Below, piece after piece: positions 1 to 9,564 of a stretch of DNA of 25,644 nucleotides. Each line of letters opens with the position of its first letter. Position 1 is the first letter of the stretch. Source of the DNA: a virus (taxonomy: Duplodnaviria > Caudoviricetes); IMG/VR virus record IMGVR_UViG_3300025892_003904, positions 1 through 25,644 of that record; one strand, 5' to 3'. The translations under genes were made by a program, and so were the position numbers. Below the pieces are notes generated by a model that was not told the DNA's origin, made no database searches, and saw only the letters and a program-made list of their open reading frames with translations.

Positions 1-551
1 AAACTCCATTTGAAACTGAAAAATTACAAGAAAGGTTAGCTAAATTTGTAGGAGGAGTAGCTATTATCCATGTAGGTGGGAATACTGAGACAGAAATGAA
101 AGAGAAAAAGGATAGAGTTGATGATGCTTTACATGCTACAAAAGCAGCTATTGAAGAAGGTATAATACCTGGGGGTGGAACAGCATTATTATATGCTTCA
201 TCAGGATTAGAAGTTAATTCAACAGGAGCAGCTATTGTAAAACAAGCATGTGCAAAACCATTCAATCAAATTTTAGTTAATGCTGGTCATGAAGAAGTTA
301 CTGCTACAATTATAGCAGATGGTATGATTAATTCTGGAAATGATGGTTGGTTAGGTTATAATATTAAAACTGAAGAAACAGTTGATATGAAAGAAGAAGG
401 TATTATTGACCCAACTAAAGTAGCTAGAACAGCATTACAGAATGCAGCATCAGTTGCTGGTACTGTATTATTAACAGAATGTACAGTAGTAAATGAACCT
501 AGTGATGATAAACAACAACCCCAAATAGACCCTATGATGGGGATGATGTAA
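1..551 (+). CDS. groEL: Chaperonin GroEL, C-terminal part (5'-truncated by window edge; frame open from position 3)
   Basis: Frame 3 reads EKLQERLAKFVGGVAIIHVGGNTETEMKEKKDRVDDALHATKAAIEEGIIPGGG...GIIDPTKVARTALQNAASVAG, with a Met/Gly-rich tail (PMMGMM). Confidence 0.97.
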   Translation, partial: TPFETEKLQERLAKFVGGVAIIHVGGNTETEMKEKKDRVDDALHATKAAIEEGIIPGGGTALLYASSGLEVNSTGAAIVKQACAKPFNQILVNAGHEEVTATIIADGMINSGNDGWLGYNIKTEETVDMKEEGIIDPTKVARTALQNAASVAGTVLLTECTVVNEPSDDKQQPQIDPMMGMM

Positions 552-567
552 AATAAATTCGTATATT

Positions 568-837
568 ATGGCTACACAGATTGAAGAAAAAAATATATTA
601 ATTGCTAGAAGAGTACCACCAGGAGATAAATGGAGATTGGTTGCAAATGAACCTGATGGTCCTTTACATAAAACTTTAACTGATGCTTTAGAAGCATATA
701 TGGTTAAAACTGGATTCAAAGGTAGTTATAGATTAGAGCCTTTAAAAAGTAATTTATATGCTATTGATTCTAAAGAAACAGAAATAAAACCTGAACCTGT
801 AAAAAAATATTCAATATATGGCGAATATGGAGAATAG
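568..837 (+). CDS. Hypothetical phage protein (89 aa)
   Basis: ORF fills the gap between groEL and the clamp loader; no recognisable motif. Confidence 0.75.
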   Translation: MATQIEEKNILIARRVPPGDKWRLVANEPDGPLHKTLTDALEAYMVKTGFKGSYRLEPLKSNLYAIDSKETEIKPEPVKKYSIYGEYGE

Positions 838-1738
838 CTTATTAGTAGAAAAATATAGACCATCTAAATTAGATAATTATGTTGGTAATGAAAATATTAA
901 AAAATCTATTTCTAAGTATATAGAACAAAATGATATTCAAAATTTAATATTTTATGGTCCTGCAGGCACAGGAAAAACAACATTAGCTAAAATTTGTGTT
1001 AAAAATTTAGATTGTGATCACCTTTATATAAATGCTAGTGATGAAAGAGGTATAGAAACAATTAGAGACAAAGTATCAAGTTTTGCAAGTGTTGCTTCTT
1101 TTAAACCTCTTAAAGTAGTTATTTTAGATGAAGCTGATTTTTTAACAATTCAAGCTCAAGCTTCACTTCGAAATATAATAGAAACTTTTTCACGTACTAC
1201 TAGGTTTATTATGACTTGTAATTTTGTAGAAAGGATTATTGATCCTTTACAATCAAGATGTCAAGTACTTAAAATAGTTCCTCCAACTAAAAAAGATGTT
1301 GCCAAACATTTAAATTGGTTATTAAATAAAGAATCAATTGAACACAACGTTAAAGATTTAGCACCTTTAGTTAACCAATACTACCCAGATTTACGTAAAT
1401 GTATTAATACAATACAATTATCTACTCAAGATAATAAATTAAAATTAGATAAATCAATATTAGTATCATCAAATTATATAGATCAAGTTATTTCTATTTT
1501 AAGTACTCAAAACTCACAACAGGGATATCCTACAATTAGACAGATTATAGCAGATGCTAATGTAGATGATTTTGATGAATTGTTTAGAATGCTATATGAA
1601 AAAGCACCAGAATATATGCCGGGTAAAGAAGGAACGGCTGCTATTTTAATAAATGAACATCAATATAAAGCAAACTTTCGTATTGATAAAGAAATTAATA
1701 CGATGTCATTAATACAAAATTTAATAAAAAATAAATAA
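818..1738 (+). CDS. Sliding-clamp loader AAA+ ATPase subunit (T4 gp44/RFC small subunit-like); start may be 827
   Basis: LLVEKYRP, Walker A GPAGTGKTT, INASDERGI, Walker B LDEAD, SRC motif (LQSRC). Confidence 0.95.
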   Translation: MANMENSLLVEKYRPSKLDNYVGNENIKKSISKYIEQNDIQNLIFYGPAGTGKTTLAKICVKNLDCDHLYINASDERGIETIRDKVSSFASVASFKPLKVVILDEADFLTIQAQASLRNIIETFSRTTRFIMTCNFVERIIDPLQSRCQVLKIVPPTKKDVAKHLNWLLNKESIEHNVKDLAPLVNQYYPDLRKCINTIQLSTQDNKLKLDKSILVSSNYIDQVISILSTQNSQQGYPTIRQIIADANVDDFDELFRMLYEKAPEYMPGKEGTAAILINEHQYKANFRIDKEINTMSLIQNLIKNK

Positions 1739-1740
1739 TT

Positions 1741-1983
1741 ATGGACCAACAATTACAACAACCTCAAATTGATTTAAAAAATACAACTGGGGTTAAAAAT
1801 TCTAAAGGAGGTAGTATATTCCTTCAAGGAGTAGTTTTAAGAAAAATTTCTAGATTTGTAACAGGTACAGATGAAGATGCTTTATTACCTGTCCCCGTAT
1901 TTTTTGACCCAGAAACTAAAAAAATATTAGAATCAACACTTCCTAAAGATTTAAGAGAAGAATTTAAGGATGAATTGCTCTAA
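1741..1983 (+). CDS. Hypothetical phage protein (80 aa)
   Basis: Tightly packed ORF between the two clamp-loader subunits. Confidence 0.75.
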   Translation: MDQQLQQPQIDLKNTTGVKNSKGGSIFLQGVVLRKISRFVTGTDEDALLPVPVFFDPETKKILESTLPKDLREEFKDELL

Positions 1984-2389
1984 TATATTTGATTGGTTAA
2001 AGCATATAAATCAATATAAAACCCCAACTAAATCTTTTAGCGATAAAGATTGGGAGGTATTTAATAGTTATATGATTCATAGGTTTTTATCTATGAATCC
2101 TGATTATTTAGAGATAGTTAATTTTGTTCAAGATTATCCCCCACAGGAAAAAAAATCAATTTATGCTATTTACAAAGAATTTATACCTAAAAATAATAAA
2201 TGGAACAAATATATTAAATCTAAAGTTAAACAACCTAATAAAGATTTAGTAGACCATATTAAAAATTATTTTAAATGTTCTAGTAAAGAATCAAAAGAAT
2301 ACATAAATATATTGGATACCTCAAAAATAAGTCATATATTAAAGGAAATAGGATTAAATAAAAAAGAAATAAAAACTATACTAAAATGA
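1970..2389 (+). CDS. Clamp loader small subunit, T4 gp62-like
   Basis: IFDWLKHIN...FNSYMIHRFLSMNPDYLEIVN pattern, size, and position just downstream of the gp44-like gene. Confidence 0.75.
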   Translation: MNCSNIFDWLKHINQYKTPTKSFSDKDWEVFNSYMIHRFLSMNPDYLEIVNFVQDYPPQEKKSIYAIYKEFIPKNNKWNKYIKSKVKQPNKDLVDHIKNYFKCSSKESKEYINILDTSKISHILKEIGLNKKEIKTILK

Positions 2390-2613
2390 ACGAAAAATTA
2401 TTCAACATGTTAAAACTATCTGCAGAGGCAGATAAAGCAAAAGCATTATTATCTCTTGAATTATTAGGAGAAAAAGCTGTAGGAATTGGAGACCATTCTA
2501 CAGGAGATTTTTACAAAAATGCTGAAGAAGCATTAAATTCTTTAGTAGATGCTGATGATAGAATATCAACCTTAGACAAATACTTTGCTAAAACACTCTT
2601 ACTAAATGAGTGA
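2386..2613 (+). CDS. Small helical hypothetical phage protein (VGIGDH motif)
   Basis: ATGA overlap with the upstream gene; VGIG(D/E)H motif recalled from small T4-like phage proteins. Confidence 0.7.
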   Translation: MNEKLFNMLKLSAEADKAKALLSLELLGEKAVGIGDHSTGDFYKNAEEALNSLVDADDRISTLDKYFAKTLLLNE

Positions 2614-3007
2614 TTCAGTTAAAAATTATTTTGGAAATATGAAAAAGAAAAAAACTATAGAAAGTAGTAAAGATAATGCAATAGAAGTATTTGAATTAGA
2701 ATATCCAATATTAGCAGATGAATTTAGACAAATCCAAAAAGAAATGTATAAAATGTTTGCTCGTAAACATATGGATTATGGTTTAAATAATATTGCTTTA
2801 GGTGGTGATTTAAATAATAATGATGATAAGAAATTTTCTTTAACTGGTTTATGTATTAGACTTACAGATAAAATTTCACGTTTAAAAAATTTATTAATTA
2901 ATGGTAGATCATTTGTTAAAGGTGAAGGTATGGAAGATACATTTATAGATATTGCTAATTATGGGATAATTGGTCTTTTAGTAGGCCGTAATAAATGGAA
3001 AAAATAA
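2606..3007 (+). CDS. DUF1599 / nucleotide-modification-associated domain 1 (all-alpha NTP-pyrophosphatase-like)
   Basis: RKHMDYG...IRLTDKISRLKNL...EDTFIDIANYGII signature. Confidence 0.8.
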   Translation: MSDSVKNYFGNMKKKKTIESSKDNAIEVFELEYPILADEFRQIQKEMYKMFARKHMDYGLNNIALGGDLNNNDDKKFSLTGLCIRLTDKISRLKNLLINGRSFVKGEGMEDTFIDIANYGIIGLLVGRNKWKK

Positions 3008-3008
3008 T

Positions 3009-3980
3009 TTGGCTAAAAAAATCCCAAATATAGTTAAGGAGATTCGTTTAAATCCTCCTCAAGAAATCAACTTTGCCTACCAGAAAAACATTTCTTATTC
3101 GCAAATGTCTATATTTCGTAGTTGCCCTCATAGATGGAAATTACAGTATAAAGACAAAATAAAAAGATTTACTTCTTCTATACACACAGTATTTGGTACT
3201 GCTATACATGAAGTAATGCAGCACTATTTAGATGTAATGTATGAAAAAAGTGGGGCGTATGCTGATAGAGAAATAGATATTAAAGAATTATTCCATCAAA
3301 AATTTATAGAAGAATACCAAACTCAATATAAAAAAAATAATAATGAGCATTTTTCAGACGCTTCTGAGATGAGAGAGTTTTTTGAAGATGGGGTTAATAT
3401 ATTAGATTGGTTTAAGAAAAAACGTAGTAGATATTTTTCTAAAAAAGGAACATATTTAGTAGGCTGTGAAATACCTATTGTAATAGCGCCAAATAAAATG
3501 TATAATAACGTATTATACATGGGGTATTTAGATGTTGTCACATATAATGAAAATACTAATACCTTTAAGATAATAGACATAAAAACAAGTACCAAAGGAT
3601 GGAATGATTATTCTAAAAAAGATGAAAATAAACAATTCCAACTATTATTATATAAACAATATTTTTCAGAACAATATGGTATACCTTTAGATAATATAGA
3701 AATTGAATTTTTTATTGTTAAAAGAAAAGTATTAGATATTAATGATGAAAAACTTATGTCACCTTATCAGGCTCATAGAGTACAAACATTTACTCCACCT
3801 AGTGGAAAAATTAAGTTAGGAAGAGCAAAAAAAGCTATGAATAGTTTTATAAATGAATGTTTTAATTCAAATGGAGAAATAAAAGATATAGAATATCCTA
3901 AGTCTGTTTCTAAATGGAACTGTACTTTTTGTCCTTATAAAGAGGATAAAGAAAATTGTGGGGAAGGTATAATTTACTAA
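3009..3980 (+). CDS. PD-(D/E)XK exonuclease, Cas4/AddB/RecB-like, probable Fe-S cluster (TTG start)
   Basis: ISYSQ...SCP, FGTAIHE, E...GYLD...IIDIKT, QLLLY, C-terminal CTFCPY...C (1+3 Cys arrangement). Confidence 0.88.
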   Translation: MAKKIPNIVKEIRLNPPQEINFAYQKNISYSQMSIFRSCPHRWKLQYKDKIKRFTSSIHTVFGTAIHEVMQHYLDVMYEKSGAYADREIDIKELFHQKFIEEYQTQYKKNNNEHFSDASEMREFFEDGVNILDWFKKKRSRYFSKKGTYLVGCEIPIVIAPNKMYNNVLYMGYLDVVTYNENTNTFKIIDIKTSTKGWNDYSKKDENKQFQLLLYKQYFSEQYGIPLDNIEIEFFIVKRKVLDINDEKLMSPYQAHRVQTFTPPSGKIKLGRAKKAMNSFINECFNSNGEIKDIEYPKSVSKWNCTFCPYKEDKENCGEGIIY

Positions 3981-3986
3981 CCTCTG

Positions 3987-3998
3987 TATATATTTATA
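3987..3998 (+). promoter_or_regulatory. TATATATTTATA motif, candidate second-class (late-type) promoter
   Basis: Intergenic; the TATATTTAT core recurs in gaps at 20554, 22443 and 24134. Confidence 0.45.
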
Positions 3999-4025
3999 TT
4001 AAATAATGTTATTAAAATAAAGATT

Positions 4026-4214
4026 ATGAACGTAAAAAAAGAAATGACACTTACCAGTGTTAAAGTCAAAAGTAATTTGTTTGAAAATTTTAAAATTGAA
4101 TGTGTAAAAAGAAAATTTTCATTTCAAAAACTATCTGATAGAGCTATTTATTTATATCTTACAGATGAAAATTTTAGAAGACAAATTACAAATCAAACAG
4201 ACTTAGAACTTTAA
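4026..4214 (+). CDS. Small ribbon-helix-helix-like DNA-binding protein
   Basis: 62 aa; alternating beta strand LTSVKV followed by two amphipathic helices (LFENFKIECVKRK / SFQKLSDRAIYLYL). Confidence 0.55.
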   Translation: MNVKKEMTLTSVKVKSNLFENFKIECVKRKFSFQKLSDRAIYLYLTDENFRRQITNQTDLEL

Positions 4215-4226
4215 ACCTAAAAATTA

Positions 4227-5675
4227 ATGAATAAGAGTTTTAAATATCTTCCAAAAGATAAAAGGAAGAAAATATTATTAATCTGTGATGATATTAGAGT
4301 ACATTCTGGAGTTGCAACAGTTGCAAAAGAAATAGTAGTACATACTGCTCATCATTTTAATTGGTGCCAAATAGCAGGTGCTATTAAACACCCAGAATCA
4401 GGAAAAAGATTAGATTTATCCCAAGATACTAATAAAATATCAAAAATTGATGATTCTCATGTATTTTTATACCCCGCCAATGGTTATGGTGATATAAAAT
4501 TAGTTAGAGAAATTATTAATATTGAAAAACCTGATGCTATATTATTAATAACAGACCCTAGATATTTTACTTGGTTATTTAATGCTGAAAACGAAATTAG
4601 AACAAAAATTCCAATTTCTTATTTAAATATTTGGGATGATTACCCAGCACCCTTGTATAATAAAGCATATTATGAATCTTGTGATTTATTAATGGGTATA
4701 TCTAAACAAACTGTTAATATTAATAAAATAGTATTAGGAAAATCTGGAAAAAATAAAATATTTAAATATATCCCACATGGGTTAAATTCTAATGTTTATA
4801 AACCTTTAAAAGAAGGTGATGAAGAATATACTAAAATGTTAGAGTTTAAAAAAAATATATTTAAAGATAAAAACCCTAGTTTTGTAGCATTTTTTAATTC
4901 TAGGAATATTAGAAGAAAACAAATTCCTGATACTATGTTAGCCTTTAGAGGATTCTTAGATACTTTACCTAAAGAAGAATCTAAAAATTGTTATATGATA
5001 TTACATACTGAGGCAGTTACAAATCATGGAACAGATTTAGAAAAAGTTAGAGAATATTTATTTGAAGAAAATTATAAAGATAATATAATATTTTCTCACT
5101 CAAAACTTACTATTAATCAATTAAATTATTATTATAATATAGCAGATGTTCAAATGTTATTAACTTCTAATGAAGGTTGGGGGTTATCATTAACTGAAGC
5201 TATATTAGCAGGAACTCCTATTATAGCTAATGTTACTGGGGGAATGCAAGATCAAATGAGATTTGAAGATAAAAAAGGTAATTGGATTAATTTTGATAGT
5301 AATTTTCCATCTAATCATAAAGGCACTTATAAAAAACATGGAAAGTGGGCTTTCCCGTGTTATCCAACTTCTAGATCAATACAGGGTTCACCTGCAACCC
5401 CTTATATCTATGATGACAGGTGTAGATGGGAAGATGCTACTGAAAGGTTAGTAGAAGTGTATAAATTAGGAAGAATTAAAAGAAAAAAATTAGGTCTAAA
5501 AGGAAGAAAATGGGCATTGTCTGATGAAGCTGGATTCACACATGAACATCAGGCATATAGAGTAATGGAAGCATTTACAGAATTATTTAGTACTTGGAAA
5601 CCTAGAGAAAAATATGAACTAATAAATACCAATGAGTATAAAGGTAAATTTTTAACCCATAAATTGTTATATTAA
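4227..5675 (+). CDS. Glycosyltransferase, GT-B fold / GT4-like
   Basis: KILLICDD..SG.A N-terminus, YIPHG, RNIRRKQ, EGWGLSLTEA (E-x7-E motif). Confidence 0.9.
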   Translation: MNKSFKYLPKDKRKKILLICDDIRVHSGVATVAKEIVVHTAHHFNWCQIAGAIKHPESGKRLDLSQDTNKISKIDDSHVFLYPANGYGDIKLVREIINIEKPDAILLITDPRYFTWLFNAENEIRTKIPISYLNIWDDYPAPLYNKAYYESCDLLMGISKQTVNINKIVLGKSGKNKIFKYIPHGLNSNVYKPLKEGDEEYTKMLEFKKNIFKDKNPSFVAFFNSRNIRRKQIPDTMLAFRGFLDTLPKEESKNCYMILHTEAVTNHGTDLEKVREYLFEENYKDNIIFSHSKLTINQLNYYYNIADVQMLLTSNEGWGLSLTEAILAGTPIIANVTGGMQDQMRFEDKKGNWINFDSNFPSNHKGTYKKHGKWAFPCYPTSRSIQGSPATPYIYDDRCRWEDATERLVEVYKLGRIKRKKLGLKGRKWALSDEAGFTHEHQAYRVMEAFTELFSTWKPREKYELINTNEYKGKFLTHKLLY

Positions 5676-6964
5676 TGAGTAAACCAAGATTTGTCATATC
5701 ATGTCCCTTTGATACCTATTCAGGATATGGGGCACGTAGTAGAGATTTAGTAAAAGCTATTATTGAATTAGAAAAATATAAAGTAGAACTATTACCCCAA
5801 AGGTGGGGGGGTACTGCTTGGGGTTTTTGTAACGATCACCCTGAATGGAAGTTTTTAATGGCTCATACTTGCAAACCAGATTGGAATAAAACACAACCTG
5901 AGATTTGGATGCAAATATCAATTCCTAATGAATTTCAACGTATAGGAAAATATAATATAGGATGTACTGCTGGTATTGAATCTACAATGTGTAAAGCAGA
6001 ATGGATTGAAGGGGTTAATAGGATAGATGAAACTTGGGTTTCTTCTAATCATGCTAAAAAAGTATTTGAAAGTACTATATATGATAGAAAAAATAAAATA
6101 ACACAACAAGTAGAAGGTAAATTAAAAATTGAAAAACCAATTCATGTTGTATTTGAAGGGGCAAATTTAGATATCTATAAAAAAATTCCTTCATCAAAAA
6201 TTAAAAATATTAATTTAGATCAAATAAAAGAATCATTTTGTTTTTTATTTGTAGGACATTGGATGCAAGGAGAATTTGGACATGATAGAAAAAATGTATC
6301 TTTGTTAATAAAAGCTTTTTTTGAAACATTTAAGAACCAATTAAACCCTCCTGCATTAATATTAAAAGCTTCAAATGGTGTTTCTTCTTATATGAGTAGA
6401 GAAGATTTATTAGATAGAATATTAAAAATCAGAAAAACTGTTAAAGGTAATAAAGCTAGTGTTTATTTATTAAATGGGGATTTAACCGATAGTGAAATGA
6501 ATGAGTTATATAATCACCCTAAAGTAAAATCAATGGTAAGTTTAACTAAGGGTGAAGGATTTGGTAGACCTTTATTAGAATTTAGTTTAACAGGAAAACC
6601 TATTATGGTTTCTGGTTGGTCAGGACATACTGATTTTTTACATCCTAAATATAATTTTTTACTTCCTGGAAAATTAGAAAAAATACACCCTAGCGCTGCT
6701 AACCAATGGTTAATAGCAGAATCTAGTTGGTTTAAACCTGATGAACCCCATATTGGTTCTTCATTAAAAGAAATTTTTAAGAATTATAGAAAAGTACTTA
6801 AGAAAACTACTAAACAAAGCCAACATGCTAAAAATAAATTTAGTTTTAATAAAATGAAAAAGTTAATTAGTAATTTACTTACTTCTAACCTTCCATACTT
6901 TCCAAAACAAGTAGAACTTAACATACCTAAAATTAGTCTTCCTAAATTAAAAAAAGTAAAATAA
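5675..6964 (+). CDS. Glycosyltransferase, GT-B fold / GT4-like
   Basis: SGYG, FLFVGHW, RKNV, EGFGRPLLE motif, WSGHTDF. Confidence 0.88.
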   Translation: MSKPRFVISCPFDTYSGYGARSRDLVKAIIELEKYKVELLPQRWGGTAWGFCNDHPEWKFLMAHTCKPDWNKTQPEIWMQISIPNEFQRIGKYNIGCTAGIESTMCKAEWIEGVNRIDETWVSSNHAKKVFESTIYDRKNKITQQVEGKLKIEKPIHVVFEGANLDIYKKIPSSKIKNINLDQIKESFCFLFVGHWMQGEFGHDRKNVSLLIKAFFETFKNQLNPPALILKASNGVSSYMSREDLLDRILKIRKTVKGNKASVYLLNGDLTDSEMNELYNHPKVKSMVSLTKGEGFGRPLLEFSLTGKPIMVSGWSGHTDFLHPKYNFLLPGKLEKIHPSAANQWLIAESSWFKPDEPHIGSSLKEIFKNYRKVLKKTTKQSQHAKNKFSFNKMKKLISNLLTSNLPYFPKQVELNIPKISLPKLKKVK

Positions 6965-6965
6965 T

Positions 6966-7409
6966 ATGAATTTTGATACATTAAAAGAATGTTCTAGATG
7001 TGGGTCTGATGCCTGCTATAGTCAAGAAGTAACTAAAGATGTTACTATTGAATTATGTTATGGTTGTGGGTTTCAATCAAACTCTATTATGGTTAGTGGA
7101 AGTGAATTTCTTATAGAACAAATGGGATTATTACCTGAATTACATAAAGAATTAATGGATGAAGAAGAAGATTCGGGTAAAATTTGGATGCCTACTACAA
7201 TTAATTTAGAAGATAAGGGAATGGTATTCGCTGATGGTACATCAAAAAATAATTGGAGATGGGCTGGAGTTAAAGCTGTCCCTATTAAGGATGAAGAAAA
7301 AGAAAAATATAAAGATAAAAAGTTTAAACCCGATATGTCTACTATACAACATTTTGAAGAACGTGATTTTATGGAAGCTCTTTCTTATATTGGGGTATTA
7401 CCTAGTTAA
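6966..7409 (+). CDS. Hypothetical protein with N-terminal Zn-ribbon
   Basis: CSRCGSDAC...CYGCGF. Confidence 0.75.
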   Translation: MNFDTLKECSRCGSDACYSQEVTKDVTIELCYGCGFQSNSIMVSGSEFLIEQMGLLPELHKELMDEEEDSGKIWMPTTINLEDKGMVFADGTSKNNWRWAGVKAVPIKDEEKEKYKDKKFKPDMSTIQHFEERDFMEALSYIGVLPS

Positions 7410-7412
7410 ATT

Positions 7413-8042
7413 ATGAAAATAAGTTATGCCGTTACTGTTTGTAATGAATTTATAGAAATTCAAAAATTAGTTAACTTCCTTAGAAAAAATAAAAGACAAC
7501 AAGATGAAGTAGTAATACTTTATGACCAAAAAAATGGAAATGAAGAAATAGCTAGTTGGCTTACTAAACAAAATAAATATCCTAATATTCAGTTTTGGAG
7601 AGGATTAGATTTTAATAATCATTTTGCTGACTGGAAAAACCAACTTACAGAATACTGTAATGGGGATTATATATTTCAAATTGATGCTGATGAAATGCCT
7701 AATGAATTATTATTAATTAATCTTCCAGTTATATTAGAATGCAACCCTGACAATGAAGTTTATTTAGTACCTAGAGTTAATACCGTAGAAGGATTAACTC
7801 AGGAACATATTACAAAATGGAGATGGAATATAAATGATAAAGGTTGGGTCAATTGGCCTGATTATCAATGGAGAGTATGGAAAAATAAACCTGAAATAAA
7901 ATGGGTTAATAAAGTACATGAAAAATTAGAAGGGTTTAAAACTTATGCTGCTCTACCTCAAGAAGAAGGATTAGCTTTATATCACCCTAAAACAATAAAC
8001 AAACAAGAAAAACAAAATAAATACTACGATACATTAGCATGA
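7413..8042 (+). CDS. Glycosyltransferase family 2 (GT-A)
   Basis: ISYAVTVCNE, GDYIFQIDADE (DxD), WPDYQWR, VHE. Confidence 0.9.
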   Translation: MKISYAVTVCNEFIEIQKLVNFLRKNKRQQDEVVILYDQKNGNEEIASWLTKQNKYPNIQFWRGLDFNNHFADWKNQLTEYCNGDYIFQIDADEMPNELLLINLPVILECNPDNEVYLVPRVNTVEGLTQEHITKWRWNINDKGWVNWPDYQWRVWKNKPEIKWVNKVHEKLEGFKTYAALPQEEGLALYHPKTINKQEKQNKYYDTLA

Positions 8043-8419
8043 AAAAAACAGCATTACTTCTATTACTATTTACTACTTTAAGCTGGAGTCAAACTTACAA
8101 AGAAGAGGGTATTAACATATCCACTAAAGAAGGAATAACTTCTATATACTTTAAAAACGGAAACTCTGATGGGTTTTACTTAGATGGAGTATTTATGGAA
8201 TCCTATGGGGTATTAAAACTACCAGTAGATCAATTTATACAGTTTATAGAAGACTTATCTAAAATATCTAAAAAATCTGAAGCAAGTTTAGAAAGAGAAC
8301 TTTATACATTAAATAAATTTGATTTTTCTGAAAACGAAATATTTTTTAATGTTAAAGATAAGATTGGTACTATTACTAGAAAACAGTTGAAAGATTTAAT
8401 TAAACAAAATAATTTATAA
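8039..8419 (+). CDS. Secreted hypothetical protein with Sec signal peptide
   Basis: MKK + hydrophobic core + SWS|Q predicted cleavage site. Confidence 0.7.
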   Translation: MKKTALLLLLFTTLSWSQTYKEEGINISTKEGITSIYFKNGNSDGFYLDGVFMESYGVLKLPVDQFIQFIEDLSKISKKSEASLERELYTLNKFDFSENEIFFNVKDKIGTITRKQLKDLIKQNNL

Positions 8420-8421
8420 TT

Positions 8422-9564
8422 ATGAAAAAAATTTGGTACGCTCCCAATAAATTAGAAGCCTATGGGGAAGAAGAAATAAAAGCTGTTGAACAATGTCTTA
8501 GAGATGGATGGTTAGCTGGGTTTGGGCCTCGTTCTATAGAGTTTGAAGAAAAAATTGCTAAAGAATTTGGTAAAAAATATGGAGTATTTGTAAATTCAGG
8601 TTCTTCTGCTTGTTTACTAGCAATAGCAGCTTTAGATTTACCTAAAGGAAGCAAAATAATAACACCTGCTTTAACTTTTTCAACAACATTAGCTCCTATT
8701 ATACAATTAGGATATGAACCTATTTTTATAGATTCTAATTTAACATCTTATGTTCCTGACATTAGTGATATATTAGATGCAATAACACCTGATACTAAAG
8801 CAATTATGGTTCCTAATTTAATTGGGAATAAACCAGATTGGGATAAATTAAAAAGGTATTTAATAGAAATTAATAGAGAAGATATTTTTATTATTGAAGA
8901 TTCAGCAGATACTGTAACTTATACAAAAGAATCAGATGTTTCAACAACAAGTTTTTATGCTTCTCATGTTATTACTGCTGGTGGAATGGGAGGAATGGTA
9001 ATGTTTAATGATAAAAAACATGTAAAAAAAGCATTACAGTATAGAGATTGGGGCCGTATAGGAGATAACAGTGAAAACATGGATGAAAGATTTGCACATG
9101 ATGTTGATGGTTTACCATATGATTACAAATTTTTATATGGTGTATTAGGATATAATATGAAATGTAGTGAAATGAGTGCAGCATTTGGTTTAGTACAACT
9201 AGAACGTTTTCAAACATTTAAACAAAAACGTAGAGATAATATTGAACGTTATTTAGAAAATCTTAAAGATGTTAAAGAATTAATATTACCTAATGATAGT
9301 ATTAAACCTAATTGGTTAGCAATACCACTTCAAACGGAACGTAGATTAGAATTATTAAATTTTTTAGAAGATAATAATATTCAAACAAGAGTTACATTTG
9401 CGGGCAATGTTACTAGACACCCAGTTTATAGAAAATATTTACAAGATTTTAAAAATGCAGACCTAGTAATGAAAAATGGTTTTTTATTAGGTGCTCATCA
9501 TGGTATGAATTTAGAAGATGTTGATTATGTTTGTGATAAAATAAAAACTTTTTTTAATAAATGA
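8422..9564 (+). CDS. DegT-family PLP enzyme, His-variant: NDP-4-keto-6-deoxyhexose 3-dehydratase (RfbH/E1/ColD-like)
   Basis: VNSGSSA, IEDSADT, SFYASHVIT (His at the usual Schiff-base Lys position), RDWGR, YDYKFLYGVLGYNMK. Confidence 0.8.
   Translation: MKKIWYAPNKLEAYGEEEIKAVEQCLRDGWLAGFGPRSIEFEEKIAKEFGKKYGVFVNSGSSACLLAIAALDLPKGSKIITPALTFSTTLAPIIQLGYEPIFIDSNLTSYVPDISDILDAITPDTKAIMVPNLIGNKPDWDKLKRYLIEINREDIFIIEDSADTVTYTKESDVSTTSFYASHVITAGGMGGMVMFNDKKHVKKALQYRDWGRIGDNSENMDERFAHDVDGLPYDYKFLYGVLGYNMKCSEMSAAFGLVQLERFQTFKQKRRDNIERYLENLKDVKELILPNDSIKPNWLAIPLQTERRLELLNFLEDNNIQTRVTFAGNVTRHPVYRKYLQDFKNADLVMKNGFLLGAHHGMNLEDVDYVCDKIKTFFNK

Noticed and set aside
818-1738. Archaeal or eukaryotic RFC implying a cellular or giant-virus source
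   Set aside because: It is accompanied by a gp62-like subunit, group I GroEL and bacterial-style overlapping genes, which fit a bacteriophage better.
3009-3980. Part of a CRISPR-Cas locus (cas4)
   Set aside because: Solo nuclease with no other cas genes or array in the window.
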